Part shown: in pieces, positions 62,681 through 64,000 of the stretch
Layout: each line of letters starts with the position of its first letter
Position numbering within the stretch: position 1 is the stretch's first letter
Origin: the human T2T-CHM13v2.0 reference genome, Homo sapiens
DNA length: 64,000 nt
Assembly (NCBI RefSeq): GCF_009914755.1
Contig: NC_060931.1
Direction: 5' to 3' (one strand)
The notes under the pieces: generated by a model
The model's database searches: none
Told to the model about the DNA's origin: nothing
What the model saw: only the letters and a program-made list of their open reading frames with translations
Translations under genes and position numbers: made by a program

Positions 62681-63181
62681 TAAATTAGTGTTTTTAAATT
62701 ATGTACAAAACAAAACGTGGAGTTACAAACTAAAGTTACAATAATACTAGCTTTTAGACTCATAATTTTTTAAGTGTATTAATCCCTTTAATCATGTAGA
62801 GAACAAAAAGTGGAGTTACAAACTGTTGTTACTAACTTACACTAGCTTTTATTAACTGCCCATGTAGCTTTATTAAGGTCTTTTTTTTTTCATACAGCTT
62901 TGAATTCCTATCTAGTGTTCTTTTGTTTCACCTTGCAGGGCTCCCTTAAGCATTTCTTGCAGAGCAGATCTGGTGGTAATGAACTCTATCAGATTTTCTT
63001 TGTCTGAAAATGTCTTAATTTCTTCATCACATTTGAAGGACAGTTTATTGAATGAATATAGGATGGTTGACAGTATTGTTTTTAGCACTTTGAATATATC
63101 GGTCCAGTGCCTTTCTCTTAACAGACATATTTGAAAAATAAAGAGATATTTGAAAGTAATAGGATAGAAAAATTAACCAAG

Positions 63182-63584
63182 TGATGTAGTTTGGATGTTG
63201 TTCTCTCTAAATCTCATGTTGAAATGTAATCCTTAATGTTGGAGGTGGGGCCTGGTGGCATGTGTTTAAACTATGAGGGCAGATCTCTTGTGGCTTTGTG
63301 CTTTCCTTACGATAGTGAGTGAGCTCTCATGAGACCTGGATGTTTAAAAGTGTAGTGCATCTCTCCTCCCCTCTCTCTCTTGCTCCGGCTCTTGCCATGT
63401 GAGTTGCCTGATCCCCCTTCACTTCCCATCATGACTGTAAACTTCCTGAGGTCTCACCAGAAGCAGATGCTGTCGCCATGCTTCCTGTATAGCTTGCAAA
63501 ACCATGAGCCAATTAAACCTCTTTTCTTATAAATTATCCAGCCTCAGATATTTGTTTATAGCAATGCAAGAACGACCTAACACA
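63182..63584. mobile_element. MST-type MaLR solo LTR
   Basis: TG...CA ends; 5-bp TSD CCAAG at 63177-63181 and 63585-63589. Confidence 0.85.
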
Positions 63585-64000
63585 CCAAGAAAACGAAAAG
63601 CATATGAATGCTAGAGTGACTATTTTAATATCAAAGTGAACTTCAAGGCAAGTATTATAAGATATAAAGTATTATGAGAGATAAAGTTAATTTTAAAGTA
63701 TTTTATAATTCTAAAATTATAAAAGGGTAAATTCATCAAATACACATAACAATTATAAACATGTAAGAATTTAATATCAGAGCTTCAAAAAGGATGAAGC
63801 AAACACTGACAGGACTACAGAGAGAAGTAGACACATCCATAATTGTGGCAAAAGATTTTTACACTTCTTTCTTATTATTTGAGATTAAAATGAGACAAAA
63901 AGTCAGTAAGAATGTAGAAGATCTAAGTAACACTATCAAGCACCTTGACCTAATTGATAGTTATGGGGCACTACATTCAACAACAGCATATCTTTTTCAA

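Larger units (their letters stand above)
58060..63112 (-). mobile_element. Composite old L1M insertion (3' end at ~59170, ORF2, 5'UTR and ORF1 pieces, nested LTR and Alu) inside a + strand L1M
   Basis: 16-bp TSD with 2 mismatches at 58044-58059 and 63113-63128. The host L1 EN region (~57900-58058) resumes after 63128. Confidence 0.7.

Overview
Human genomic DNA, recognised from recall as the chr7q34 OR9A4-CLEC5A interval. (1) A ~5-6 kb ancient tandem duplication: copy 1 ends in a truncated OR9 pseudogene (probably OR9N1P) and copy 2 in the intact intronless olfactory receptor OR9A4. (2) A full-length L1HS Ta-1d on the - strand with intact ORF1, ORF2 and ORF0. It sits in the poly(A) tail of an older 5'-truncated L1PA that appears to carry a short 3' transduction. 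(3) The complete CLEC5A gene on the - strand: six coding exons reconstructed by hand give 567 nt = 188 aa + stop. (4) A dense background of L1, Alu, MaLR/ERVL/ERVK LTRs and DNA-transposon relics. I found no convincing new biological system. The most interesting items are retrotransposition history readable from the sequence (two nested insertions with apparent 3' transductions, two short templated copies), the CLEC5A-L1-OR9A4 transcriptional geometry, loss of both activation tyrosines in OR9A4, a duplicated CLEC5A stalk exon, and an unexplained 110-bp repeat flanking the last CLEC5A coding exon. Repeat subfamily names come from recalled consensus sequences and need RepeatMasker confirmation.
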